A stretch of DNA of 26,854 bases from Acidobacteriota bacterium (GCA_040005235.1 JBDTZG010000069.1:1-26854); one strand, 5' to 3'. Numbered from the stretch's first letter, positions 9,223 to 18,197 are shown. Numbers and translations: made by a program. The notes: generated by a model not told the origin, from the letters alone.

Positions 9223-9770
9223 ACCCAGAGAACGATCTGCGATTTCCGATCGGCAAGCTCGAACGGAAAAGCCGCCTGACCCCAGAGGAGCGGGCGGCGG
9301 CGATCGTCGCGATCGCGGCGGCTCCCGCCGAGCTGCGCGCCGCCGTCGAAGGACTTTCCGAGGAGCAGCTCGATACCCCCTATCGGCCCGGAGGCTGGAC
9401 CGTTCGCCAGGTCGCCCACCACGTGCCGGACAGCCACATGAACGCCTACGTTCGGTTGAAGCTGGCCTTGACCGAAGATCGGCCGAGGATCAAGACCTAC
9501 GACGAGGAGAAATGGGCGCTGCTGGCGGACACCCCGAATACCCCCGTCGAGGTCTCGTTGACCCTGCTCGAAGCGCTCCACTTCCGTTGGGTCGAGCTGC
9601 TCCATGCGATGAAGCCGGCGGATTTCGAGCGGACACTCGACCACCCGGAGCTGGGAGAAGTGACGCTCGATTCGTTGCTCGGCCTCTATGCCTGGCACGG
9701 CCGGCACCACGTCGCCCACGTAACCCGGCTCCGAGAGCGCGAGGGCTGGTCGCGGCAGATCACGGACTAA
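9219..9770 (+). CDS. yfiT: YfiT/BstA family bacillithiol transferase-like protein (DinB superfamily metalloprotein)
   Basis: The true start is ATG 9219 (ATGA overlap with the upstream stop, RBS GAAGGAG), not 8412. Motifs DLRFPIG, QLDTPYRPGGWTVRQVAHHVPDSHMNAYVRLKLALTE and YAWHGRHHVAH. Confidence 0.93.
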   Translation: MNPENDLRFPIGKLERKSRLTPEERAAAIVAIAAAPAELRAAVEGLSEEQLDTPYRPGGWTVRQVAHHVPDSHMNAYVRLKLALTEDRPRIKTYDEEKWALLADTPNTPVEVSLTLLEALHFRWVELLHAMKPADFERTLDHPELGEVTLDSLLGLYAWHGRHHVAHVTRLREREGWSRQITD

Positions 9771-10549
9771 CCTTTCTTCGCGAGCCTCTCGATCAAGGCG
9801 GAAAGTGCGCCCTGGGCCTCCTCGCCGAACCAATCTTCGACGAAGACGTGAGCGTCCTTGGCTATTGCGGCTTCGACCTCGGCGACCATGCCCGCCCGCA
9901 GCTGGGCTCGCGTCCGGCGGAGCGCTCCCACGGGCAGCTTGGCCAGGCCTTCACACCAGGCGACCGCCCGGCCGATCGTCTCCTCGAGCGGCAGCAGCTC
10001 GTCGACCAGGCCGATGCGGTGCGCCTCGGAGGCCGGCAGCAGCTCGGCCGTCACGCACATCCGTTCGGCCAGGCGCCCGCCGACGATCCGCGCCAGCGCC
10101 GGCACGATCACCGAGGGCATCGGCAAGCCGACCGCGACCTCATTGACCCCGATCGAGAACTCCCGAAACGTGCCGTCTTTTCCGGGCCTGCCGCGCGCCA
10201 TGAAGCGGGCGTCGCAATAGAGCGGCAGGACGCAGCCGCCGGCCGTGGCGTGGCCGGTGATCGCCGCCGCGATCGGCACCGGCGAGGTCGTCAGCCGATG
10301 GACCAGCGAGAGGAACCGGCCCCAGGCGATCTCGATCTCCGGCCGGGCGAGCGTGAGCAGATGAGGCACGTCGAGCCCGGCCGAAAACAGACCCGGCGCG
10401 CCGGAAAGGACGATCGCCCGCGCCCCTCGATCGGGTGCCTCGGCGAGCGCGGCATCGAGCGCCGCGATCAACTCCGGCGACAGAGCGTTCGCGGGCGGCC
10501 GGGCCATCCGAATTTCCCGCACGGTTCCATGATCGACGATCTCGAGCAT
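9767..10549 (-). CDS. Enoyl-CoA hydratase/isomerase (crotonase) family protein
   Basis: Motifs RPPANAL, FSAGLD, AAITGHATAGGC, IGVNEVAVGL and EAHRIGLVDEL. Start moved to ATG 10549 because GGAGGG precedes it. Its stop overlaps the yfiT stop (CTAA at 9767-9770). Confidence 0.93.
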   Translation of the reverse strand: MLEIVDHGTVREIRMARPPANALSPELIAALDAALAEAPDRGARAIVLSGAPGLFSAGLDVPHLLTLARPEIEIAWGRFLSLVHRLTTSPVPIAAAITGHATAGGCVLPLYCDARFMARGRPGKDGTFREFSIGVNEVAVGLPMPSVIVPALARIVGGRLAERMCVTAELLPASEAHRIGLVDELLPLEETIGRAVAWCEGLAKLPVGALRRTRAQLRAGMVAEVEAAIAKDAHVFVEDWFGEEAQGALSALIERLAKKG

Positions 10550-10568
10550 CGGGACCCTCCAGTCCGGC

Positions 10569-10793
10569 CTATTCGCGGGAATCCAAGGCCGCAAGTCGGC
10601 GGGGAAGCTGCGCCAGAAAATCGCCCAGATCGTCGGCGTCAGGCAGGACGATCTCTACCTTGCCGTTGGGGAGCCGCGTCACCGAGCCTGCCCCCTCCAT
10701 CGCGAGCGGCACCTGCACCGCCTCGCGATCGAGCGGAATCTCGTCGATCACATCGAACAACAGGCTCATCGCGCCTTGAGTGAGGATACGCAC
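10569..10793 (-). CDS. Small hypothetical protein (74 aa)
   Basis: Strong RBS GGAGGT before the GTG start, globular-looking composition, and it ends 19 nt upstream of the crotonase start on the same strand. Confidence 0.75.
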   Translation of the reverse strand: MRILTQGAMSLLFDVIDEIPLDREAVQVPLAMEGAGSVTRLPNGKVEIVLPDADDLGDFLAQLPRRLAALDSRE

Positions 10794-10912
10794 TGCGGAA
10801 ACACCTCCAAAAGAGGTAGGTTACCATCCTCATTTCCCAGCGGGCCTCGTGGCTCTCTCGGCTTAATATAGACTCTCGGCGATAAGCTTGCGCTTCGAGG
10901 TTCTCGACAATC

Positions 10913-13384
10913 ATGGCGGAACGCCGCGACATATCAGAGCGATACCGAATCACCCGAAAACTCGGCGAGAGCGCGTTTACCAACGTTCACGCCGCAACCG
11001 ACGCCGCGAACGGCGCGATGGTGGTGATCAAGAGGATCGCTCCGGGGAAGAACGCCGAGGCGATGCCTCGCTTTCTCCAAACTGCGACGGCTCTGGCCAA
11101 ACTGCGCCATCCGACCATTCCTTCGCTGCTCGATTTCGGCATGCTGCCCGACGGCGGCGCGTTCCTACTGCTCGAACCGGTCGCCGGCCGGGGCCTCGAA
11201 GAGCTGACCGGCGCTGCGCCCGCCGAGGTGCTGTCCCACCTGCTCCAGGTCCTGGACGGGCTCGAGCTGCTGAGCCAAAGCGGCATCGCCCATGGCAACC
11301 TCTCGGCCGAAAACATCCGACTCGCGGGCACGACCACCGGAGAGCAGGCCAAGCTGCTCGGCTTCGGCACCCGCATCCTCCATCCGTCGATCGCCGGAAT
11401 GCCCGGCGTCGAAGGCACGGCGCCGGAGGCGCTCGCCGGAGGCGCGGTCGACGGTCGTTCCGACGTCTACTCCTTCGCCCGAATTGCCTGCCGCCTGCTC
11501 GACATCGGAATTCAGATCGACTCGCGGGGCGAGCCCGAGCTCTCGCTCCCCTTGGGCGTGAGCTTCGAGCTGGAAGACGCCGAAGCGCTCCGCCAGGCGC
11601 TCGTCCGGTCGTTGCGCCGATCGCCGTCCGAGCGGCCGAGCTGGGCCGAGATCCGCGAGGGTCTGCGCACGGCTCTTCGCGGACCGGTCGCCCAGCCCTC
11701 GGTCGGCGAGAAGACCAACCCGGTCTACATTCCCCCCACCGCCACGGACGGCGAGCCGCTCGCACTGCGGTTCGAAGAGGAATTCGAGGCCCCGCCGGCC
11801 CCAGCTCTGCCTCCTCTCCCCGCCCTGAAGGCCGAACCGATTTCCGCGCCGCCACCATCCGTCGCGCCGGCACCCGCCCCGCCGAACGTCGAATTGCCTC
11901 GGACGACTTCGCTTCCGACCGACCTGCTCTCGTCGGTCGAAGACTTTCTCGCCGCGCCGGTCGTTCCGTCGACCCCGCAAAAAGAGGTCGCTCCGGCGTT
12001 CGCGGTGCCGATGAAGCCGCCCGACACGGCGGAGATCCCGATCGTCGCGAAACCACCTCGGCGAACCGGAAAGAGCGGCAAGAAGATCCTCTGGATCGCT
12101 CTCGCGACCGCCGCGGGCCTGGGGGCTCTGGCGGCGTTTCTGATCTATCTGCGAGATCGGGACGTCGATCCGACCGAGATCCAAGACGAGCTGAAGGTTC
12201 CCGCGGCCCCGGCGGCGGTCGCACCGAGCCCGCCGCCGGCCCCCAACCTTCAATCGAATCTCGTCGAACCCACCCCGGCGGGCAATCCCGGCTTGGTCGC
12301 CGCCCGCGCCGCGCTCGACGCGGGGGACGAAAAGGCGGCCCGCGCGGCACTCGACGCGATCGACGCCGCGACCCTTTCGGCCGACGAGCGCGAAGAGGCC
12401 AAGGCGCTGCGCGATTCGCTCGGCCAATCGCAGGTCGAACGCCTCGCCGCCGATTTGAAACGCGGCCTGCGCAACGGCAACGCCGCGACCCTGCGCTCCA
12501 CTCTGCGCGGCATCGCGGCGAATCGAATCGCCTTCTTCAAGGCCAATCCGAACGCGGAAGCGGATTTCGGCCGGGCACAGCAGCTCGTCGATCTTTCCAA
12601 CCAGCTCCAGAAAGCCGCCAAAGGGGGCGACCCGCTCGCCGTGATCCGACTCGCCGGTTCGTTTGCCGATCTGGCCCCGCGCGACAAAGCGGCCCTCCGC
12701 CTGCGCGACCGCGCGGCGGCGACGATCGAGGCAGAAGCCGATCGCCTGAACCAGGGCGGCCAGGCTCAAGCCGCGCTCGATCGGCTGGAAGCCTTGCGCG
12801 CCGCCTGGCCCGACCGGCCGCGCCTAGCCGATCGGATCGGCCACATCCGCACGGTCGCCGAGGTCGATCCCCGCCTCGACCGGATTCTCGCGAACGCCCA
12901 AGCTGCGGCGCAGAGGAAACGGCCGGACGAAGGCCTCGCGATCCTGCGCACCGCGAACCCCTCCGGACCTTATGCCGAGCGCTTCCGCGAACTGTCGGAA
13001 CGGTTGAAAGCCGATTTTGCCCAAATGGACCAGAATCCGCCCGCGCTCGACCTGCGGGAAGGCTCGGCGAGCGAATTCGAGAAGGGGGCGACGACCCGGG
13101 TCTCGCTAAGGATCACGGACGATTTTCAAGTGGCCAAGGCAACCCTGTTCGCCCGGCCCGAAGGAGGTTCCTGGCAGACGCTGGAGCTGCGCCAATCGGG
13201 CTCGTTCTATACCGCGGAGATTCCGCCCAGCTTCCACCAGAACAAGAACGTCCAGTGGTACGCGACCGCCACCGACGTTTCCGGCCACTCCGGTCAGTTG
13301 GGCACCGAGGGCGCGCCTAGGCTCCTCAAGCGCAAGAAGTGGTTCGATCGGTTGCGAGGCGGCAAAGAGGGCGAGGGGGGGTAG
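10913..13384 (+). CDS. Membrane-anchored Ser/Thr kinase-fold protein, probable pseudokinase, with a Pro-rich linker, one TM helix, a helical (TPR-like) region and a C-terminal Ig-like domain
   Basis: Motifs YRITRKLG, VVIK, LAKLRHP, APE and DGRSDVYS, but HGNLSAEN replaces HRDLKPEN and GFG replaces DFG. TM segment ILWIALATAAGLGALAAFLIYL follows a basic stretch. Confidence 0.9.
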   Translation: MAERRDISERYRITRKLGESAFTNVHAATDAANGAMVVIKRIAPGKNAEAMPRFLQTATALAKLRHPTIPSLLDFGMLPDGGAFLLLEPVAGRGLEELTGAAPAEVLSHLLQVLDGLELLSQSGIAHGNLSAENIRLAGTTTGEQAKLLGFGTRILHPSIAGMPGVEGTAPEALAGGAVDGRSDVYSFARIACRLLDIGIQIDSRGEPELSLPLGVSFELEDAEALRQALVRSLRRSPSERPSWAEIREGLRTALRGPVAQPSVGEKTNPVYIPPTATDGEPLALRFEEEFEAPPAPALPPLPALKAEPISAPPPSVAPAPAPPNVELPRTTSLPTDLLSSVEDFLAAPVVPSTPQKEVAPAFAVPMKPPDTAEIPIVAKPPRRTGKSGKKILWIALATAAGLGALAAFLIYLRDRDVDPTEIQDELKVPAAPAAVAPSPPPAPNLQSNLVEPTPAGNPGLVAARAALDAGDEKAARAALDAIDAATLSADEREEAKALRDSLGQSQVERLAADLKRGLRNGNAATLRSTLRGIAANRIAFFKANPNAEADFGRAQQLVDLSNQLQKAAKGGDPLAVIRLAGSFADLAPRDKAALRLRDRAAATIEAEADRLNQGGQAQAALDRLEALRAAWPDRPRLADRIGHIRTVAEVDPRLDRILANAQAAAQRKRPDEGLAILRTANPSGPYAERFRELSERLKADFAQMDQNPPALDLREGSASEFEKGATTRVSLRITDDFQVAKATLFARPEGGSWQTLELRQSGSFYTAEIPPSFHQNKNVQWYATATDVSGHSGQLGTEGAPRLLKRKKWFDRLRGGKEGEGG

Positions 13385-13398
13385 CCAGAAATCCGGTT

Positions 13399-13759
13399 TT
13401 GTGCGGAAAAGTTATTGTCTGCGCGATTTTGCCTCAAAATCGCAAAACCAGCTTTAGTTTGGTGCAGCTACAATTTCTTTTTGTGCGAAACCTTGACCGA
13501 AAGACCAAGTGAGTGCGGTAAAACACCCTGTCATCGCTTCGTTCGCACAATTCCCGAGAGATATTGTGCGGACCGCGCCCCGCGGTATGCATCGCAACTC
13601 GGGTTTTGTACAGGGAGATGCTGACTTCGCACAGATCCAGCCCCGATTGGGATCGATCTTTCCCAGATCTGAACTAACGGGATAATATCTGCACCAATCC
13701 GTGGTTAATTTGGAAGCAATGGACGGAGATAGGGCCTTTCTGAGCCTCATTCCGCACCA
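13399..13759. repeat. AT-richer non-coding region with a recurrent TTGTGCG(G/A)A-like motif in both orientations and short inverted repeats
   Basis: ttgtgcgga at 13399 and 13564, ttgtgcgaa at 13481, reverse copies ttcgcacaa at 13542, ttcgcacag at 13626 and tccgcacca at 13751. Perfect 9-bp inverted repeat gcgattttg-cct-caaaatcgc at 13423-13443. Confidence 0.5.
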
Positions 13760-13861
13760 GAGAGTGAAAATCTAGCACGGTGCTTTTACTTTTTCAGCCT
13801 TCGGCGGCTTACCTCCCGACCGCAGCCAGGGCGTATTTTGGCTGAAAGATGTCCGATTCCA

Positions 13862-15010
13862 TCAATCTTCGAGAAGTTCAATGTCGATGAGTTGGGCTGT
13901 GCCACGCCCCATCTTCTGGTGCTTCCGTGAATAATGCACCCGCGCCTCCACTTTTCGGTTGACCATCGGTCCGATTACGTCATCGAGCTCACTCGGATTA
14001 GTTCGGATCTGCTGGAGGGGGCCATCTTCCGGACGAATTTGCAACCATGTGTTATCGAGGCTCAGGCCGCGCAAAATTCCGACGACAATCCCCTGCTCTG
14101 ATTCTGGTTCCTCAGAGGGCGGTCTTAACGCCTTGATCGCTTCTGAAGCCTTACGCCGTTGATCGAGACGAAGAAAAACTGCATCGCCTGGGGAGTCGAA
14201 TGCCGTCCGTACTTCGACTTCTGTGAGAGCGCTTCCGGAGGGCATCACGTTTCGCGCAAGGCGAATGAGCGCCAAGCGATAGTCGGCACGCGGTACAGCT
14301 TGCTCCAATTCAGCCGGACTGTCGCTCTCTAGAGCACGTAGGACCTGTACCACGATGGCCGAAATCCGCTTGGGACTAGGTGCTCTGAAGGAGAGTGCCT
14401 CTGGGAAGAGAGCGCCCTGAGCCGGTTCTACAAAGCGAATCGAAAAACGATAGCTTCCAGCGGCGGGCTGGGTTGCGCGTGCCTGGAGCAAACTTTGAAT
14501 CTCATGCGAAGGGGGCCCTTTTCGCCTGAGCTCCAACCCGGCATCAAGTTCGGCCGCTCGGAAGGCCAGCAGATTAAATGCGTTCATGAAATGCACCGCG
14601 ACGTCTGCAGGCGCCGTTCCTACTCCGATCTCCCCTCCCCGCAATGCCACGAGAATCTCGTCGCCGCTGTACTGCATGCTCTCGCGCGCAAGCTGCTGCT
14701 CCTCCCACGTGACTTGAAGTAGCTCCCTTAACTGTTCGCGATGGTGAACTTCCAGGCCGCTTGCGAGTAGCGCGCAGATTTCCGCCTCCGCTTGCTCGTA
14801 TTCAGCTGCCTTGAAGAGAAGGGCCGCATAGCTCACTGCCAGGATTCCGCGGGTTCTCCGCTTTTCACTGGGGATCTCGCGGAGGGCAATACCTTCAAAA
14901 GCGGCAGCTTGGCTGAATAAATCGCGAGCGGCGAGGCGATCGCCTTCGCGGCGCACCAACTCGGCGCGCGCGGACAGCTCCTGCGCCTGGTCATGCTTAC
15001 TCAGTGTCAT
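13862..15010 (-). CDS. Hypothetical protein, 382 aa: N-terminal helical TPR-like segment, central alpha/beta region, C-terminal OB-fold-like domain
   Basis: Long ORF with globular composition, overlapping the upstream gene by 14 nt. Amphipathic helices over the first ~110 aa. Beta-rich end GIVVGILRGLSLDNTWLQIR...NRKVEARV...LIDIEL. Fold calls are inference. Confidence 0.8.
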   Translation of the reverse strand: MTLSKHDQAQELSARAELVRREGDRLAARDLFSQAAAFEGIALREIPSEKRRTRGILAVSYAALLFKAAEYEQAEAEICALLASGLEVHHREQLRELLQVTWEEQQLARESMQYSGDEILVALRGGEIGVGTAPADVAVHFMNAFNLLAFRAAELDAGLELRRKGPPSHEIQSLLQARATQPAAGSYRFSIRFVEPAQGALFPEALSFRAPSPKRISAIVVQVLRALESDSPAELEQAVPRADYRLALIRLARNVMPSGSALTEVEVRTAFDSPGDAVFLRLDQRRKASEAIKALRPPSEEPESEQGIVVGILRGLSLDNTWLQIRPEDGPLQQIRTNPSELDDVIGPMVNRKVEARVHYSRKHQKMGRGTAQLIDIELLED

Positions 15011-15548
15011 CGCTCACTCGCGCAAGTAGGATCGTTCGACAGCCAAACCCCACAGCACAAGCGAAGGCCGGAAGTTCAGACGCGCCCTTTCTGGCCTGCT
15101 TAACTTTGTCCCTGAGGCGCGTCCTCACGTCTTGCGGACGGCCCTCTCGCACACCAGACACTTCCAGGCGATGGCAGTGCTCAAGGTCGGTACCGGGAGT
15201 GCCGATATAGTAATCGGCACCTGTACGAACATCGCTTCGCGACAGAGCGACAAACCCTAACTCACCTTCGACGACAGCTAAACTAACTGCATACGCACCA
15301 TCACGCGTCGCGTCATCCTTGTTGGCCCAGCTGGCGCGTGCGCCGATGTCCGGCGCTTGCCAGGCAAGCGAGCGCTCGCACCCTTCCATCTCGTTGTAGA
15401 TCTCCAGGTCTGTGGGTGACGAGTGAGCGTCGCTGAAGCAAACAGCCGCAGCCTGCGAGTACGCTTCACAGATCGGGCGGTTGAAGCCGGGATGCCGTTC
15501 GTGCAATTTCTCCATGGGAGGAAGTGCGGGCTTCCGCTGCAGTGACAT
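14997..15548 (-). CDS. Hypothetical protein, 183 aa, candidate PD-(D/E)xK-like (restriction endonuclease fold) nuclease
   Basis: TGADYYIG (D112), RLEVSG (E129) and a following helix RLRDKVKQ. The spacing resembles an REase core with a relocated Lys. The ORF is credible; the function is inferred. Confidence 0.75.
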   Translation of the reverse strand: MSLQRKPALPPMEKLHERHPGFNRPICEAYSQAAAVCFSDAHSSPTDLEIYNEMEGCERSLAWQAPDIGARASWANKDDATRDGAYAVSLAVVEGELGFVALSRSDVRTGADYYIGTPGTDLEHCHRLEVSGVREGRPQDVRTRLRDKVKQARKGASELPAFACAVGFGCRTILLARVSDDTE

Positions 15549-15829
15549 GTTTTTAGCGATCTCTTCTCATAGTTTTAGTGGAATAGGACGCGAGCTGCCG
15601 ATGGAGCAACTGTGAGATAGACTACCTGACAGCCGAGCCAGGTGCCAGTGAGGCCCCCAACTTCCCCTGCATGGTGCCCATGCTTCCCACAGAACGATTG
15701 ACTTACCTCCCTGTCGAGCCTTGAGTTTGCAGCAGGCGAAAATCTCAGCTCCGGGGCGATTTTTCTTAAATCAACATGCTGCGGAAGACCGACGCCTCTC
15801 CCTAAAGCCAACCACACCCGCATGTGGGA

Positions 15830-16384
15830 CTACTTCGGCCCCAGGCGGCTCGCCTTTTCCGCCATCTGCCGATTGAATTCCTCGGTCTGACCGCGCGGCA
15901 CCGTGAGCGGCCGCCAGGTCTCCGAGACGTAGTGCTTGGCGAGCATCACGATCTGACCCACGTGGTAGGCCTGATGGCAGAGTGAGCGCATCAGCGCCTC
16001 GACCACCGTATGCGGCTCATGGCGGATGGTGATCGTCTTGGATAGGTCGTCCGGCGAGAGGCTCCCAAGGGTCGAGAGCAAACACCCCCATCCTTCCTCC
16101 CAACGCGCCATCAACTGGTCTCGCGTCGTTCCGGGTGCCACCTCGAACTCGGCGTCGCGATGCCGGTCGGGCTTCTCGCCGTCGGTGGTCAGAAAATCCA
16201 TGAACCGGGAGCGCAGGTTGCCCCCCATGTGCTGGATCAGGACCGCGAGACTGTTCGTCTCGCGGTCGATCGTCCGGAAGATGTCCTCATCCGGCACCTG
16301 AGCCAACGCCGCCTCGGCAAGCGTCTTGTGACTGCGGTACCGGCTTTCAATCTCTTCGATCAGGTGCTGCTCCAAGTCGGCCAT
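15830..16384 (-). CDS. DUF1572 / DinB-like family protein
   Basis: Motifs NSLAVLIQHMGGNLRSRFMDFLTTDGEKPDRHRDAEF, WEEGW, HQAYHVGQIVMLAK and W..LTVPRG. RBS GGAG; starts 12 nt after the permease stop. Confidence 0.92.
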   Translation of the reverse strand: MADLEQHLIEEIESRYRSHKTLAEAALAQVPDEDIFRTIDRETNSLAVLIQHMGGNLRSRFMDFLTTDGEKPDRHRDAEFEVAPGTTRDQLMARWEEGWGCLLSTLGSLSPDDLSKTITIRHEPHTVVEALMRSLCHQAYHVGQIVMLAKHYVSETWRPLTVPRGQTEEFNRQMAEKASRLGPK

Positions 16385-16396
16385 CGGCGGTTCTCC

Positions 16397-17251
16397 TTAC
16401 CCGGTGATGCTACCAGGGTCGCGGCGCCGCGATTGGGCAAAGGCGAGCGAGCCGCTCACGACCAGCAGCAACCCGAAGGTGCAGACGATGGTCGGTCCGG
16501 TCGGCAGATCCATGCTCTCCCATTGGGTGGAGAGCACCAGCCCGGTGAGACCCGCTGTGAGCGCGATCACCCAGCCGATCGCGAGACGGATCGCGGTGCG
16601 GGACGATAGGAGCGCGCCGCACACCGCGGGTACGATCAAGTAGGAGAAGACGAGGTAGACCCCGGCGATGCGGACGAAGCTCGTTACCACCAGGCCGAAC
16701 GTGGCGTAGAAGAGGAAATCCCAGAGCCGCACGCTCAGTCCCTGGCGCTCGGCCTCTTCCGGGTCGAAGGAGATCAGGTAGAACTTCTTGCGAAGCGCGT
16801 AGTGGAATGCGCCGACCCCTAAGTAGAGCAGCGCGGTCCGGATCACTTCGCTCTTCGAGACCAGGAGGATGTTGCCGACCAGGAGGTTCTTGATCTCCTC
16901 GTCGCCCGAAGCCGTGTGGCTGAGCACCATGGTCGCAGCCGCAGCGGCCACGATGTAGATGATGCCTATGATCGCCTCGTGCGGCACCCTGGGGTGGCGG
17001 AAACGAGTGAGCGAAAACAGCGCCGCGCCGCCGATCGTAAAGGCGATCGCCAGCACGTAAGGCAACGTGCCGTGATCGGCGTCCGCTCCCATCAGGACGG
17101 CGGTCGAAATGCCGAGGGCGGCGATCTGGGCGAGCGCCAAATCGACGAAGATGATTCCTCGTCCGACCACGTGCAGACCGAAATAGACGAGCGCCGCCGG
17201 CAGGACGCAGAGGGCGACGAGGGGCCAGAGCCAAAGGGTGAAGAGATCCAT
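16397..17251 (-). CDS. Metal (Zn/Mn) ABC transporter permease, ZnuB/ABC-3 family
   Basis: Multi-TM protein with GLHVVGRGIIFVDLALAQIAALG, EAIIGIIY, LLVGNIL, ISFDPEEA and PTGPTIV. RBS AGGAG. Confidence 0.92.
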   Translation of the reverse strand: MDLFTLWLWPLVALCVLPAALVYFGLHVVGRGIIFVDLALAQIAALGISTAVLMGADADHGTLPYVLAIAFTIGGAALFSLTRFRHPRVPHEAIIGIIYIVAAAAATMVLSHTASGDEEIKNLLVGNILLVSKSEVIRTALLYLGVGAFHYALRKKFYLISFDPEEAERQGLSVRLWDFLFYATFGLVVTSFVRIAGVYLVFSYLIVPAVCGALLSSRTAIRLAIGWVIALTAGLTGLVLSTQWESMDLPTGPTIVCTFGLLLVVSGSLAFAQSRRRDPGSITG

Positions 17252-17261
17252 GGGCAGGCTC

Positions 17262-18185
17262 CTAGTGGCTCGCGAGCGCCTGGGCGATCCACTTGACGTT
17301 CGTATCGATCAGGGCAATGTAAGTGTCGGTGCCCGGCAGCCCGCCCGGGAATTGGCAGACGTCGACCACGACTGCGTTGGTGCGCGCCGCGACCCCCTCG
17401 GCCGTCTTCCTCGGCTGGTAGGGCTCGACCAGCAGCACGCGGATCTTCTGGGCGAGCATCTTCTGCATCACCTCGGCGAGGTGCGGCGGCGACGGCGGGA
17501 TGCCCGGCTTGGGTTCGAGGAAGATGTCCGTGACGAGTCCGAAGCGCCGGCCGAAATAGCGCCAGGTCGGGTGATAGGTGACGATCGGCCGGCCGGCGAA
17601 GGGCTTGAGCGCCGCCGTCCATTCGGTCATCTTGGCCGCCAGACTGGTTTCGAACTGCGCCAGGTTGGTCTTGAACGTCGGAGCGCCCGCGGGGTCCAGG
17701 GAGCTCAATACGCGGGCGATGTGCTCGGCGACGACCTTGGCGTTGAGAGGGTCCAGCATGAAGTGGGGGTTGCCCGCGAGGTGGGTGTCGCCCTGCGAGC
17801 GATCGGCGGCCGAGGGAATGTCGACCAGCTGAATACCCTCCGAGGCCACGACCCGGCCGGGCGCGCCGGCCAGGATCTTGCCGTTCCTGGCGCCTTCGAG
17901 CAGCGGCGGCAGCCAGCCGACCTCCAACTCGGCGCCCCCTTCGATCAGCGCGTCGGCGCGGTTCAAGGCGACGATCTGGCTCGGCCGGGCATCGACGAAA
18001 TGGGGATCTTCCGTCGGTTTGGCGATGGTCGTGACGGCGACCCGGGCGCCACCGATCTGGGTGGCCAGAGCGCCGTATTCCGAGGTGGTGGCGACAACCT
18101 TGAGCACGGCGGCGGCCGGCAGGGCCGAGCCGAGCAGCGCGGCGGCACTTAAGGGCAGGGCGAAGGCGAGTGCGAATCTCTTCAT
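17262..18185 (-). CDS. Metal ABC transporter substrate-binding protein, ZnuA/TroA family
   Basis: Signal peptide, then KVVATT, EDPHF, GNPHFMLDP, IVTYHPTWRYF and LEPKPGIPPSPPHL, supplying the three His ligands typical of cluster A-I binding proteins. Confidence 0.93.
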   Translation of the reverse strand: MKRFALAFALPLSAAALLGSALPAAAVLKVVATTSEYGALATQIGGARVAVTTIAKPTEDPHFVDARPSQIVALNRADALIEGGAELEVGWLPPLLEGARNGKILAGAPGRVVASEGIQLVDIPSAADRSQGDTHLAGNPHFMLDPLNAKVVAEHIARVLSSLDPAGAPTFKTNLAQFETSLAAKMTEWTAALKPFAGRPIVTYHPTWRYFGRRFGLVTDIFLEPKPGIPPSPPHLAEVMQKMLAQKIRVLLVEPYQPRKTAEGVAARTNAVVVDVCQFPGGLPGTDTYIALIDTNVKWIAQALASH

Positions 18186-18197
18186 GTCGAAGATCCC

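Noticed and set aside
10888-13320. 810-aa alternative-frame ORF and antisense ORFs over the kinase-like gene
   Set aside because: Arg/Pro/Gly-rich shadow translations without domain motifs.
13423-13443. Inverted repeat as an intrinsic terminator for the kinase-like gene
   Set aside because: AT-rich stem with no U-tract on the 3' side on either strand; kept only as part of the motif region.
13415-13750. Short ORFs 13415..13624 (+) and 13454..13750 (-)
   Set aside because: No RBS, atypical composition and no recognisable motif; the region looks non-coding.
15575-15823. 82-aa minus-strand ORF as a third gene of the islet
   Set aside because: No RBS, no motif and unconvincing composition; cannot be supported without a search.
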